In this document: piece by piece, positions 22,513-31,919 of the stretch
Layout of the letters: every line of letters starts with the position of its first letter
Numbering within the stretch: the first letter of the stretch is position 1
Source: an uncultured Candidatus Rokubacteria bacterium
GTDB lineage: Bacteria; Methylomirabilota; Methylomirabilia; Rokubacteriales; CSP1-6
DNA: 64,000 bases
NCBI GenBank assembly: GCA_963758635.1
Contig: CAVWWD010000008.1
Span: 672,001-736,000, forward strand
Direction: 5' to 3'
The notes under the pieces: model-generated
Databases searched by the model: none
What the model saw: the letters and a program-made list of their open reading frames with translations, nothing else
Told to the model about the DNA's origin: nothing
Made by a program: the position numbers and the translations under genes

Positions 22513-23760
22513 ATGCGACAGCGGTTGATCGTTCTCCTGGCGGTGCTCGTGGGCGTGACGGGGGGCCTCGGGGGGCTGTTCCCGGCGCAGGCGGGCCACG
22601 AGATCGTCATCGGCGTGCAGTGCGATCGGACGGGCCCGACCCAGCTCGTGGGCACCGTGCTGTGCCCCGGCTTCCACGACTACGTGGCCCTCGTGAACAG
22701 CAAGGGCGGGGTGAACGGGCACAAGCTGAAGGCCCTCGAGATCGACCACGAGTACAAGGTGCCTCCGGCGGTGGAGTCGTACGAGCGCCACAAGAAGGAA
22801 GGCGCGGTGACGATGGCGGTGTACGGCACGCCGCAGATCTACGCCCTCGCCGCCAAGCTCACGGAAGACCGCATCCCCGGCACCTCGCCCGGATTCGGTA
22901 GCGCTGCCGCCGCCGACGGAGTCCGCTACCCGTACATCTTCCCGATCGCCGCCACGTACTGGTCGCAGGCCACGGCGTCGGTGGACTTCGTGAAGAAGCA
23001 GCTCGGAAACAGCCTCAAGGGCAAGAAGATCGCGTTCATCTTCTACGACAACCCCGCCGGCCGTGAGCCCATCGAGGTGCTCGAGGACCTCGCCGCCCGC
23101 GAGGGCTTCCAGCTCAAGACCTTCGCGGTGCCCCCGCCCGGCGTGGAGATGGGCGCGCAGGTGCTGGACATCGCGCAGCGGTTCCGCGCCGACTTCGTGA
23201 TCGGCCACCTCTTCGGCGGCGCCCCCGCGGTGTCGATCAAGGAGTTCAAGCGGGTGGGCTATCCGCTGCGCAAGTTCGTGTCGTTCGTGTGGGGCTCCGC
23301 CGAGGCCAACATCGAGCCGGCGGGCGGCTTTGCGGCCGCCGAGGGCTACTACACGATGCAGTTCGCCGGGGTGGGCTCCGACTTCCCCGTGCTGAACGAG
23401 ATCCGCGAGATGTACAAGAAGGAGGGCAAGGCGGCGCCGAAGGAGATGGCGTCCACGGTGTACTACAACCGCGGCGTCCTCATCGCGGCCTTGCACGTGG
23501 AGGCGATCCGCAACGCCGTCAAGGCCAAGCCGGACGGCAAGATCACCGGCGTGGACGTGAAGAACGGCTTCGAGAAGATCAGCGGCTTCACCCTGGGCGG
23601 CCTGGTGCCGCCGCTCAAGATCACCCCGACCGACCACGAGGGGGGCGGGCTCGTGCAGATCTGGCAGGTGAAGGGTGGCAAGTTCGAGAAGTCGACGGAC
23701 TGGTTCGCGGCCTACCCGGACGTGGTCGCCAAGCACATCAAGGCCCACGGGTCCAAGTAG
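22513..23760 (+). CDS. Liv-type ABC substrate-binding protein
   Basis: Signal peptide, DRTGPT, NSKGGVNG, ATYWSQA, DHEGGG. Confidence 0.9.
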   Translation: MRQRLIVLLAVLVGVTGGLGGLFPAQAGHEIVIGVQCDRTGPTQLVGTVLCPGFHDYVALVNSKGGVNGHKLKALEIDHEYKVPPAVESYERHKKEGAVTMAVYGTPQIYALAAKLTEDRIPGTSPGFGSAAAADGVRYPYIFPIAATYWSQATASVDFVKKQLGNSLKGKKIAFIFYDNPAGREPIEVLEDLAAREGFQLKTFAVPPPGVEMGAQVLDIAQRFRADFVIGHLFGGAPAVSIKEFKRVGYPLRKFVSFVWGSAEANIEPAGGFAAAEGYYTMQFAGVGSDFPVLNEIREMYKKEGKAAPKEMASTVYYNRGVLIAALHVEAIRNAVKAKPDGKITGVDVKNGFEKISGFTLGGLVPPLKITPTDHEGGGLVQIWQVKGGKFEKSTDWFAAYPDVVAKHIKAHGSK

Positions 23761-23793
23761 CCGGCGCCGGGCGACGGAAAGGCATACGAGCGA

Positions 23794-23820
23794 GCGGAGG
23801 GGGCGGCCGGCCCCCTCCGC
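23794..23820 (+). other. Intergenic hairpin after substrate-binding gene
   Basis: GCGGAGGGGGC-GGCCG-GCCCCCTCCGC, a perfect 11-bp stem. Confidence 0.6.
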
Positions 23821-23832
23821 CTCGACACATCC

Positions 23833-24627
23833 ATGCTGAGTCTCAACAACGTCGAGGTCATCTACGACAGCGTGGTCCTCGTCCTCAAGGGCGTCTCGGT
23901 GGGCTGCGCGGACGGACGCATCACCACCCTCCTCGGCGCCAACGGGGCGGGCAAGACGACCACGCTCAAGGCCATCTCGGGCGTCCTCCGGACGGAGCGG
24001 GGCGAGGTGACGAAGGGCTCCGTCGAGCTCGACGGCCAGCGCCTCGACCGCTTGCGGCCGTACGAGGTGGTGCAGCGCGGCGTCGTCCAGGTCTTCGAGG
24101 GGCGCCGGGTGTTCGAGCACCTCACCACCGAGGAGAACCTGATCGCCGGGGCCCACATCGAGCGCGACTGGCAGCGGGTGACGGACGGCGTCGAGCGCGT
24201 GTACCAGTACTTCCCGCGCCTGAAGGAGCGGCGCAACGTGCAGTCAGGGTACCTGTCGGGCGGCGAGCAGCAGATGCTCGCCATCGGCCGGGCCCTGATG
24301 TCGCATCCGAAGATCGTCCTGCTCGACGAGCCGTCGCTCGGGCTCGCGCCGATGCTCGTCGAGGAGATCTTCGGGATCATCCAGCGGTTGAACCAGCAGG
24401 AGAAGCTGACGGTGCTGCTCGTCGAGCAGAACGCCACCATGGCGCTCACCATCGCGGATCATGGGTACGTGATGGAGACGGGCCGGATCGTGCTGGAGGG
24501 CGCCGCGGCCTCGCTGCGCGAGAACGCGGACATCAAGGAGTTCTACCTGGGCCTCACCGAGGTGGGAGCCCGCAGGTCCTACCGCGACGTGAAGCACTAC
24601 AAGCGCCGCAAGCGGTGGCTGAGCTGA
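23833..24627 (+). CDS. LivF-type ABC ATP-binding protein
   Basis: GANGAGKTT, LSGGEQQM, LDEPS, C-terminal HYKRRKRWLS. Confidence 0.93.
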   Translation: MLSLNNVEVIYDSVVLVLKGVSVGCADGRITTLLGANGAGKTTTLKAISGVLRTERGEVTKGSVELDGQRLDRLRPYEVVQRGVVQVFEGRRVFEHLTTEENLIAGAHIERDWQRVTDGVERVYQYFPRLKERRNVQSGYLSGGEQQMLAIGRALMSHPKIVLLDEPSLGLAPMLVEEIFGIIQRLNQQEKLTVLLVEQNATMALTIADHGYVMETGRIVLEGAAASLRENADIKEFYLGLTEVGARRSYRDVKHYKRRKRWLS

Positions 24628-24662
24628 GCCACGTTTCGACAATCCAAAGGGGGATGGTTGCC

Positions 24663-25121
24663 ATGACGCGAGGCCGGATGGTGCGGGTGTCGGTGTCGAT
24701 GCTGCTCCTGGCAGGACTGTGGTCGGGCTGCGCCTCGGCGCCGCCGGCGGAGGCGCCGCCGTCGCTCTACAAGCGGCTGGGCGGCCGCGAGGGCATCGCC
24801 CAGGTCGTCGGCACGTTCGTGGCCAACGTCGTGGCCGACGACCGGATCAAGACCCGCTTCACGTCGCTCCCCGGCCCCGCGGTGGAGAAGCTGAAGTCGA
24901 ACCTCGCCGACCAGATCTGCGACGCGACGGGTGGGCCGTGCTCGTACGTCGGCCGATCGATGAAGGACACGCACAAGGGGATGAACATCACCGAGGGCGA
25001 GTGGAACGCCACCGTCGAGGCGCTGGTGAAGGCGCTGGACACGCACAAGGTGGGCGCGAAGGAGAAGCAGGAGCTCCTTGCCGCCCTCGGGCCGATGAAG
25101 GGCGACATCGTCGGCCAGTAG
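24663..25121 (+). CDS. Group I truncated haemoglobin with probable lipoprotein signal
   Basis: SLYKRLGG, GGPCSYVGRSMKDTHKGMNIT (proximal His F8); N-terminal hydrophobic stretch ending LWSGC. Start may be 24654. Confidence 0.88.
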   Translation: MTRGRMVRVSVSMLLLAGLWSGCASAPPAEAPPSLYKRLGGREGIAQVVGTFVANVVADDRIKTRFTSLPGPAVEKLKSNLADQICDATGGPCSYVGRSMKDTHKGMNITEGEWNATVEALVKALDTHKVGAKEKQELLAALGPMKGDIVGQ

Positions 25122-25140
25122 GCGGAGGTCCGGAGGCGCG

Positions 25141-26659
25141 GTGGTGAACGTCCACGGCTTCACGGTCTACGACATGATCGCGCGGGGCGCCGACGTCCAC
25201 GGCGACGCCCCCGCCGTCATCCACGACGGCGGCGTGCTGACCTTCCGCGGGCTCCGCGAGCGCGTGGACGCGCTCGCCGGCGGGCTCGCCGGGCTCGGCA
25301 TCGGGGCGGGGGATCGCATCTGCGTGCTGGCCCAGAACCACGTCGAGTACCTCGAGCTGTACGGGGCCTGCGCGCGCCAGGGGATCGTCGCGTACCCCAT
25401 CAACTGGCGGCTCACCGCGGAGGAGGTCGGGAAGGTCCTCGAGCGGGCGGGCCCCCGGATGATGGTGGTCGACGCGTCCACGGCGTCCGTCGTGGACGGC
25501 TGGCCGCAGCAGAAGCGCGAGGTGCAGCACTGGTACCGGTTCGGGGACGCCGCCCCCGGCTTCCGGGCGTTCGGCACTCTCTACGGCGGCGCCGCGCCGC
25601 CGCCCGCGGCCGTCTCGGCGGACGACGTGTTCGCGGTGATCTCCACCGCGGCCGTCGACACGATCCCACGCGGCGCCGCCCTCACCCACGGCAACGTGCT
25701 CGCCGCGAACCTGACCATCATGGCCGCGGTGGGCTGCCGCGCCGAGGACCGCTACCTGGTGGCCCTGCCGCTGTTCCACATCACCGCGCTCGGCTGGACG
25801 CTCGCCATCATGCACGCGGGCGGCGCCGCCGTCCTGATGGCGCGCTACGACGCCGATGAGGCCGTCCGGCTCGTCGACCGGCACCGGGTCACCTACCTGT
25901 CCGACTTCCCGCCGGTGCTCGTCACCCTCCTGGACGCCGCCGCCAAGGTGGGAAGCCGGCTGCCGAGCCTCAAGCACGTGTCCGGCCTCGACGCCCCCGC
26001 CACGATCGAGCGGCTTCACAAGGAGACGGGCGCCGAGTTCTGGACGGGTTTCGGCCAGTCCGAGACCACCGGGTTCGTGAGCATCCAGCGCGTGGCCGAC
26101 CGCCCGGGCGCCTCGGGACGGCCGGTGCCGTCCTGCCAGGTCCGGCTCGTCGACGACTACGACCGCGAGGTGCCGGTGGGCACGCCCGGCGAGATCGTCG
26201 TGCGCGGGCCGCTCGTCTTCCAGGGCTATTTCGCCCAGCCCGACGTGACCGCCTACACGCTGCGGAACGGCTGGCACCACACCGGCGACGTTCGGGCGCT
26301 TCGACGCCGACGGCTACCTGCACTACGTCCGCCGCAAGCCGGAGAAGGAGCTGATCAAGCCGGGCGGCGAGAACGTGTACCCCGCCGAGGTCGAGACCGT
26401 GATCATGCAGATGCCCGGCGTCAGCGGCGTCTGCGTCTACGGCATCCCGGACGAGCGCTGGGGCGAGGCGGTGAAGGCGGTGGTCGAGGTGAAGGGGGCC
26501 GGCAGCCGGACCGCGCAGGAGGTGGGCGAGTTCGTCGCGGCACGGATCGCCCGGTTCAAGCGCCCCCACGTGGTGGCGTTCACCGACGCGCTGCCCCGCA
26601 CGGCCGACGGCGCGGTGGACCGCGAGGCCGTGAAGACCACCTGGGGCGACGCGCATTAG
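25141..26659 (+). CDS. AMP-binding acyl-CoA ligase with atypical P-loop (frameshift near 26292)
   Basis: YPINWRL, LPLFHI, FGQSET, HTGD, then KELIKPGGENVYPAEVE in the shifted frame; P-loop reads STAAVDTIPRG. Confidence 0.88.
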
Positions 26660-27611
26660 GGCCGGGCTGGCTCTCGCCGCGCTCCTCGCGGCCTCCGGCT
26701 GCGCGGCCGCATCGCGGGACGCCTCGCCCGACGCGACGGGCGCCGCGCCCGCGGTCACCGTGCGCTTCACGACCCCCGGGGCGCTTCGCCTCACGCGTGA
26801 CCTGCGCTTCGTGCCCGCGGAGTCCGTGGAGCTCACGGGAGAGCTGCGGCTGCCGCCCGGCACGGGTCCGTTCCCCGTCGTGGTGCTCATGCACGGATGC
26901 TCGGGTCAGGGCAGGGTCGATCAGGGCTGGGTAGCGCCGCTCACTGCCGCCGGCTATGCGACGCTCCGGGTCGACAGCTTTGGTGGGCGGGGTCTTGGTA
27001 GCGTCTGCGCCGACGCGTTCAAGCTCACGCCGATCGAGCGCGTGCCCGACGCGTACGGGGCGCTGGCCCGCCTCGCCGGTGACCCGAGGCTCGACGCCCA
27101 CCGCGTCGCCCTCATGGGGTTCTCCCATGGCGGCATGCTCACGCTGGGCGCCAGCACGGCGTGGGCGCGCCAGCGCTACGCGCCGGCGCCGGGCCCGACG
27201 TTCCGGGCGTTCGTGGCGTTCTATCCGACCTGCGGCTTCGTGTATCCCGAGCGGATGACCCTGGCCGGCCCGCTGCGCATCCACGTCGGCGAGCTGGACG
27301 ACTGGACGCCGGCGGCCCCGTGCGCGGAGCTGGTCCGAGAGCTGAAGGCGGCCGGCGAGGACGCGGAGGTCACGCTCTACGCCGGCGCCCGGCACGGCTT
27401 CGACCGCGGCGGCCGCGTGCCGGTCTTCCTGGCGAATGCCGACAACCCCGCGACCTGCGTCCTGCGAGCGCCGAGCATCCTCGGACCCCTCGAGAATCCC
27501 GGCGACCTCGCCACGTGCCTCCGCAAGGGCGCCACGATCGGCGGCGACCCCGCGGCCGCCGAGCGCGCGCGACGCATCGTGCTCGCGCAGCTCGCCGAGC
27601 TGCTCCGCTGA
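26649..27611 (+). CDS. Dienelactone hydrolase family protein, probable lipoprotein (start codon uncertain)
   Basis: PVVVLMHGC, GFSHGG nucleophile elbow, AFYP, GELDDW, GARHGFD; in-frame lipobox LAASGC upstream of the GTG at 26760. Confidence 0.85.
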   Translation, partial: TRIRAGLALAALLAASGCAAASRDASPDATGAAPAVTVRFTTPGALRLTRDLRFVPAESVELTGELRLPPGTGPFPVVVLMHGCSGQGRVDQGWVAPLTAAGYATLRVDSFGGRGLGSVCADAFKLTPIERVPDAYGALARLAGDPRLDAHRVALMGFSHGGMLTLGASTAWARQRYAPAPGPTFRAFVAFYPTCGFVYPERMTLAGPLRIHVGELDDWTPAAPCAELVRELKAAGEDAEVTLYAGARHGFDRGGRVPVFLANADNPATCVLRAPSILGPLENPGDLATCLRKGATIGGDPAAAERARRIVLAQLAELLR

Positions 27612-27635
27612 CGGCGGGAGCGGCGCGGTGACGGT

Positions 27636-28496
27636 GTGAGCGCCGAGCCGATGGTCCCGGACATCGTCGCCGTGGGGCACGTCACGCTGGACCGGGTCGG
27701 CGGCGACGAGCGGCCGGGCGGCGCGGCGTACTACGCCGCGGTCACCGCATCGCGCCTCGGGCTCTCCGTCGGGCTCCTGACCTCGTTCGCCGACGGCTAT
27801 CCAGTGTCCCGGCTGCCTCCCGGCGTGGAGGTGGTCAATGTGTCCTCCCGCCACACGACGACCTTCGAGGTGGGGCAGGGGCCGTCGGGCCGCACCCTCC
27901 GGCTCCTCGCGCGGGCGGCCGATCTCGAGGAAGGGGCCCTGCCCGCGGCGTGGCGCCGTGTGTCCCTGGCCGTCCTCTGCCCCGTGGCCAACGAGGTCGA
28001 CCCCGCGCTCGCCGCCGCGTTCTCGGAGGCCTCGCTGGCCGTGCTCCCCCAGGGCTGGATGCGCAAGCGCGGGCCGGACGGCGCGATCGAGGCCGAGGCG
28101 TGGAGCGACGCCGACCTGGTCCTGCCGTACGCGCAGTGGCTGGTCATGAGCGAGGAGGACATCGCGCGGTTCGAGGACGCGGCGGCCGACTGGGTGGAGC
28201 GGGTCCCGCTGGCCGCGATCACGCGCGGGCGCCGCGGCGCCACGCTCTTCGTGAACGCCGACCCCTATCACGTGCTCGCCGACGGCGCCACCGAGGTGGA
28301 CGAGACGGGCGCGGGCGACGTGTTCGCCACCACCGCGCTCGTGGAATACCACCGGCGGGCCGACGCGTGGGAGGCGGTGGCGGCCGCGGCCTGCGCGGGG
28401 GCGGCGGCCGTCGAGGCGCCGGGGGCGGACGGCATCCCCGACCGCGAAGCCCTCGAGCGCCGGCTCGCCGCGTACCGCCGCCGCCGCGGCGGCTGA
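27636..28496 (+). CDS. PfkB-family carbohydrate kinase
   Basis: VGHVTLD...[25 protein letters not shown] signature. Confidence 0.9.
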   Translation: MSAEPMVPDIVAVGHVTLDRVGGDERPGGAAYYAAVTASRLGLSVGLLTSFADGYPVSRLPPGVEVVNVSSRHTTTFEVGQGPSGRTLRLLARAADLEEGALPAAWRRVSLAVLCPVANEVDPALAAAFSEASLAVLPQGWMRKRGPDGAIEAEAWSDADLVLPYAQWLVMSEEDIARFEDAAADWVERVPLAAITRGRRGATLFVNADPYHVLADGATEVDETGAGDVFATTALVEYHRRADAWEAVAAAACAGAAAVEAPGADGIPDREALERRLAAYRRRRGG

Positions 28497-28541
28497 GGCC
28501 TTCCTTGTTCCCCTTCGCCGGGCCGTGAGAGACTCAGGCCC

Positions 28542-28922
28542 ATGGCGGAACCCGGGCGCCGGATCCGCATCACGGCCGGATCGGTCAGCGCCGAGGCGGT
28601 GCTGGACGGATCGGTCACCGCGCAGGCGGTATGGGACGCCCTGCCGCTCGCCGTGGCCGGGCAGACGTGGGGCGACGAGATCTACTTCTCGATCCCCGTC
28701 ACGGCCCAGCCCGAGTCCCCGCGCGAGACCGTCGAGAAGGGGGACCTCGGGTACTGGTCACCGGGCACCGCGTTCTGCATCTTCTTCGGGCCCACCCCGG
28801 CGAGCCGGGGCGACGAGATCCGTCCGGCGAGCCCGGTCAACGTGTTCGGGCGGGTCAGCGGAGATTCCACCGTGTTCAAGCGGGTCCACTCCGGCACCAC
28901 GGTGCGGGTGGAGCGCGCGTGA
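28542..28922 (+). CDS. Cyclophilin-like fold protein (DUF369/UPF0288-like)
   Basis: [36 protein letters not shown]. Confidence 0.85.
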   Translation: MAEPGRRIRITAGSVSAEAVLDGSVTAQAVWDALPLAVAGQTWGDEIYFSIPVTAQPESPRETVEKGDLGYWSPGTAFCIFFGPTPASRGDEIRPASPVNVFGRVSGDSTVFKRVHSGTTVRVERA

Positions 28923-28959
28923 ACGTTCGCCGAGGCGCTCCTGCGCCGGAGGAGACGAC

Positions 28960-29610
28960 ATGAAGATCTTCCTGGACACCGCGAACATCAACGAGCTCCG
29001 CGAGGGCGTGGCGATGGGCCTGGTGGACGGCTGCACGACCAACCCGTCGCTCATCGCGAGAGAGAAGCGCCCCTTCCGGCCCCTCGTCGAGGAGATCTGC
29101 CAGACCGTGCCGGGCGACGTGAGCCTGGAGGTCGTGGCCACCGACTACGAGGGGATGATCAAGGAAGGCAAGGAGCTGGCCCAGGTCGCGCCCAACGTGG
29201 TGGTGAAGTGCCCGCTGACCAAGGACGGCCTGAAGGCGGTGCGGACGCTCTCGGGCGACGGCATCCGCGTCAACCAGACGCTCTGCTTCTCCGCCACGCA
29301 GGCGCTCCTCTCCGCCAAGGCGGGCGCGACGTACATCAGCCCGTTCCTCGGCCGTCTCGACGACATCGGCGCCGTGGGCATGGACCTGATCCGCGACATC
29401 TGCCAGATCTACCGGAACTACGACTTCAAGACCCAGGTGCTCGCGGCCTCCATCCGGAGCCCGCTGCACGTGGTCGACGCGGCCAAGGCCGGGGCGCACG
29501 TGGCCACCATGCCGTTCTCCGTCCTCGAGGCGCTGATGAAGCATCCCCTGACCGACATCGGGCTGAAGAAGTTCCTCGACGACTGGAACAAGTCCGGCGC
29601 AAAGATCTAG
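28960..29610 (+). CDS. fsa: Transaldolase / fructose-6-phosphate aldolase (short type)
   Basis: [55 protein letters not shown]. Confidence 0.93.
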   Translation: MKIFLDTANINELREGVAMGLVDGCTTNPSLIAREKRPFRPLVEEICQTVPGDVSLEVVATDYEGMIKEGKELAQVAPNVVVKCPLTKDGLKAVRTLSGDGIRVNQTLCFSATQALLSAKAGATYISPFLGRLDDIGAVGMDLIRDICQIYRNYDFKTQVLAASIRSPLHVVDAAKAGAHVATMPFSVLEALMKHPLTDIGLKKFLDDWNKSGAKI

Positions 29611-29755
29611 CTCGGAGGGGGCTTCGACCGGCACCGGGCTTCGCCCGGGCCCCCTGCCGACGGTCGTCGCTCGCCTGACGGCGAGCTCCCCCCTGCCTCA
29701 CCAGGGGCGGGCACCCGGGCTTCGCCCGCCCGCACCTTGCGGCGAAGCCCGCGCC
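29611..29755. repeat. REP-like multi-hairpin intergenic element
   Basis: TCGGAGGGGGC...GCCCCCTGCCGA, two GGGC-TTC-GCCC mini-hairpins, CTCGCC-TGAC-GGCGAG, CCCCTG..CAGGGG; the CGGAGGGGGC arm also occurs at 23795. Confidence 0.55.
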
Positions 29756-29809
29756 TCATCCTCCCCGCGTTCCACCCGTCTCGGGGGCGTGGCGCGTATA
29801 CCGGGTGAC

Positions 29810-30346
29810 ATGGATACCGAGCGCGCGTTGATGGCGAAGGTGGCGAGGCGGGACGAGACGGCCTTCGCCGAGCTCGTCGAGCGGTATGCCGGGCGGCTCC
29901 TGACCGTGGCCCGGCGGCTCCTGGGCTCTCGTGCCGACGCCGAGGACGCCGTGCAGCGGACCTTGCTCCAGTGCCTCGTGAGCGCGGAGTCCTACGAGGG
30001 CCGCTGGGCCGTCTCCACGTGGCTCTACCGCATCCTCACCAACACCTGCGTGGACGAGCTCCGGCGCCGGGGTGTCCGCGGAGCGCACGCCGCGTCGCCG
30101 GAGCGGTCGCCCGCCGGTGTCGCTCTCGACGACCCCGCGGACGCGGGGACCCGGATCGACGTCGCCCGCGCCTTCGCGCGCGTGCCACGCGAGGCCCGCG
30201 TCCTGCTCGCCCTGCACTACGTCGACGGGCTGAGCAACGCCGAGCTGGCCCGTGTCCGCGGAATCTCGGTGAACACCGTGAAGAGCCAGCTCGCGCGGGG
30301 GAAAGCCATCCTCCGCCGGGCGCTGGACGAAGGAGGACGCTCGTGA
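29810..30346 (+). CDS. ECF (sigma-70 group 4) RNA polymerase sigma factor
   Basis: DETAFAELVERY, DAEDAVQ, STWLYRILTNTCVD (region 2); GLSNAELA...SVNTVKSQLARG (region 4). Confidence 0.92.
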   Translation: MDTERALMAKVARRDETAFAELVERYAGRLLTVARRLLGSRADAEDAVQRTLLQCLVSAESYEGRWAVSTWLYRILTNTCVDELRRRGVRGAHAASPERSPAGVALDDPADAGTRIDVARAFARVPREARVLLALHYVDGLSNAELARVRGISVNTVKSQLARGKAILRRALDEGGRS

Positions 30347-31068
30347 TGCTCGAACGAGACGACGATCGCCTTGATCGGATCCTCGGCGCGTTCTTCGCGC
30401 CCACCCCGGTGCCGGACGGCTTCGCGCGACGGGTCCTGTCCGGGACGCCGAGCGCCCGCGACGCCGATCGCCTGCTGGCCCGGCTCGCCGTCCACGCGAC
30501 CGCGCGCGGCGTGTCCCTGGTGCGCCGCGGCGGAGGAGCGGACCGCGCGGAGGGAGCCGCGGCGCGGCGCTGGGTCGAGCGTGCGCGCCTCGAGCTCGGC
30601 GAGTACCTGGCGGGGAAGCGGTCGTTCTTCTCCGTGGCCGTGGACCTGACCGGCGTGCCCGAGTTCCAGCGCGACGTGCTGCGCGCCGCGCAGGACATCC
30701 CCTTCGGCGAGGCGCGGCCCTACGCATGGGTGGCGCGGAAGATCGGCCGGCCGCGGGCGGTGCGCGCGGTGGGCACCGCGCTCGGCAAGAACCCGGTGCC
30801 GCTGATCGTGCCCTGCCATCGCGTGCTTCGCACCGACGGCACCGCGGGCGGCTACATCTTCGGCACGCGCGTGAAGCAGGACCTGCTGAGCCTCGAGCGG
30901 GTCACGCCGGCCCTCGAGGGATGCACGAGCACCCGGATCGTGTGCCGGGTGGGCTGCGTCCATGGCCGCCGCATGCGGCTGGACAACCGTGTGGTGTTCG
31001 CGTCGGTGGACGACGCGTGCTCGGTGGGCTACCGCCCGTGTCGCGTGTGCAAGCCGGCCGCCGCGTGA
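30346..31068 (+). CDS. ogt: Methylated-DNA--protein-cysteine methyltransferase fused to a C-terminal Ada-type Zn-binding domain
   Basis: SD AGGAGG; IPFGE..Y, RAVGTALGKNPVPLIVPCHRV active site; C-terminal CRVGC...GYRPCRVCKP Ada metal-binding motif. Confidence 0.9.
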   Translation: MLERDDDRLDRILGAFFAPTPVPDGFARRVLSGTPSARDADRLLARLAVHATARGVSLVRRGGGADRAEGAAARRWVERARLELGEYLAGKRSFFSVAVDLTGVPEFQRDVLRAAQDIPFGEARPYAWVARKIGRPRAVRAVGTALGKNPVPLIVPCHRVLRTDGTAGGYIFGTRVKQDLLSLERVTPALEGCTSTRIVCRVGCVHGRRMRLDNRVVFASVDDACSVGYRPCRVCKPAAA

Positions 31069-31787
31069 TCGCCGGCGCTCTCGCGCTCGACGACCGGGTG
31101 GCGGGGCTCGACTGGGAGGCGATCGGGGCGCGTCTCGATGCCGACGGCTTCGCCACGACGGGGCCGCTGCTCACCCCGGCGGAATGCGACGAGCTGATCG
31201 CGCTGTGGGACGACGCGCCGCGCTTTCGCAGCCACATCGACATGGCGCGGTACCGGTTCGGCGAGGGCGACTACAAGTACTTCGCCGAGCCGTTGCCGGC
31301 GGCGGTGGCCGCCCTCCGCGGGCTGCTCTACGCGCGGCTCGCGCCGGTGGCCAATCGATGGGCCGAGCGCCTCGGCGAGCGGGAGCCCTACCCGGACACC
31401 CTCGACGGGCTGCGCGCCCGCTGTGCCCGCCACGGCCAGCGCCGGCCCACGCCGTTGCTCCTCCGCTACACGGCGGGCGGCTACAACTGCCTGCACCAGG
31501 ACATCTACGGCGCGGTGGCGTTCCCGCTCCAGATCACCTGTCTGCTGAGCGAGCCGGGCAAGGGCTTCACGGGAGGCCAGTTCCTGCTCGTGGAGTCGCG
31601 CCCGCGCCAGCAGTCACGCGGCGAGGCGGTGGCGCTGGCCCGGGGCGAGGCGATCGCCTTCACCACCCGGCACCGTCCCGTCCGCGGGGCGCGCGGCTGG
31701 TTCCGGGCCACGCTGCGGCACGGCGTGAGCCGGCTCTGGTCGGGCGAGCGCTTCACCCTGGGCGTGATCTTCCACGACGCCGAGTGA
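31065..31787 (+). CDS. 2OG-Fe(II) oxygenase (DUF2086-like; commonly alkylation-repair associated)
   Basis: GTGA overlap; FRSHIDMARYRFGEGDYKYF, YNCLHQD (HxD), RPRQQSRG, RHGVSR, RFTLGVIFHDA. Confidence 0.88.
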   Translation: MIAGALALDDRVAGLDWEAIGARLDADGFATTGPLLTPAECDELIALWDDAPRFRSHIDMARYRFGEGDYKYFAEPLPAAVAALRGLLYARLAPVANRWAERLGEREPYPDTLDGLRARCARHGQRRPTPLLLRYTAGGYNCLHQDIYGAVAFPLQITCLLSEPGKGFTGGQFLLVESRPRQQSRGEAVALARGEAIAFTTRHRPVRGARGWFRATLRHGVSRLWSGERFTLGVIFHDAE

Positions 31788-31919
31788 GGTCCGGGAGCGG
31801 GTCATCCGGCTGGACTATACTGTCGGTCAACGCCACCCGCGCTGGAGCGGCGTGGAGACATGACGGTCCGCCGAGGGCTCGGCGCCGCCGCCGGCCTGCC
31901 GCCAGAGGAGGAAGACAGC

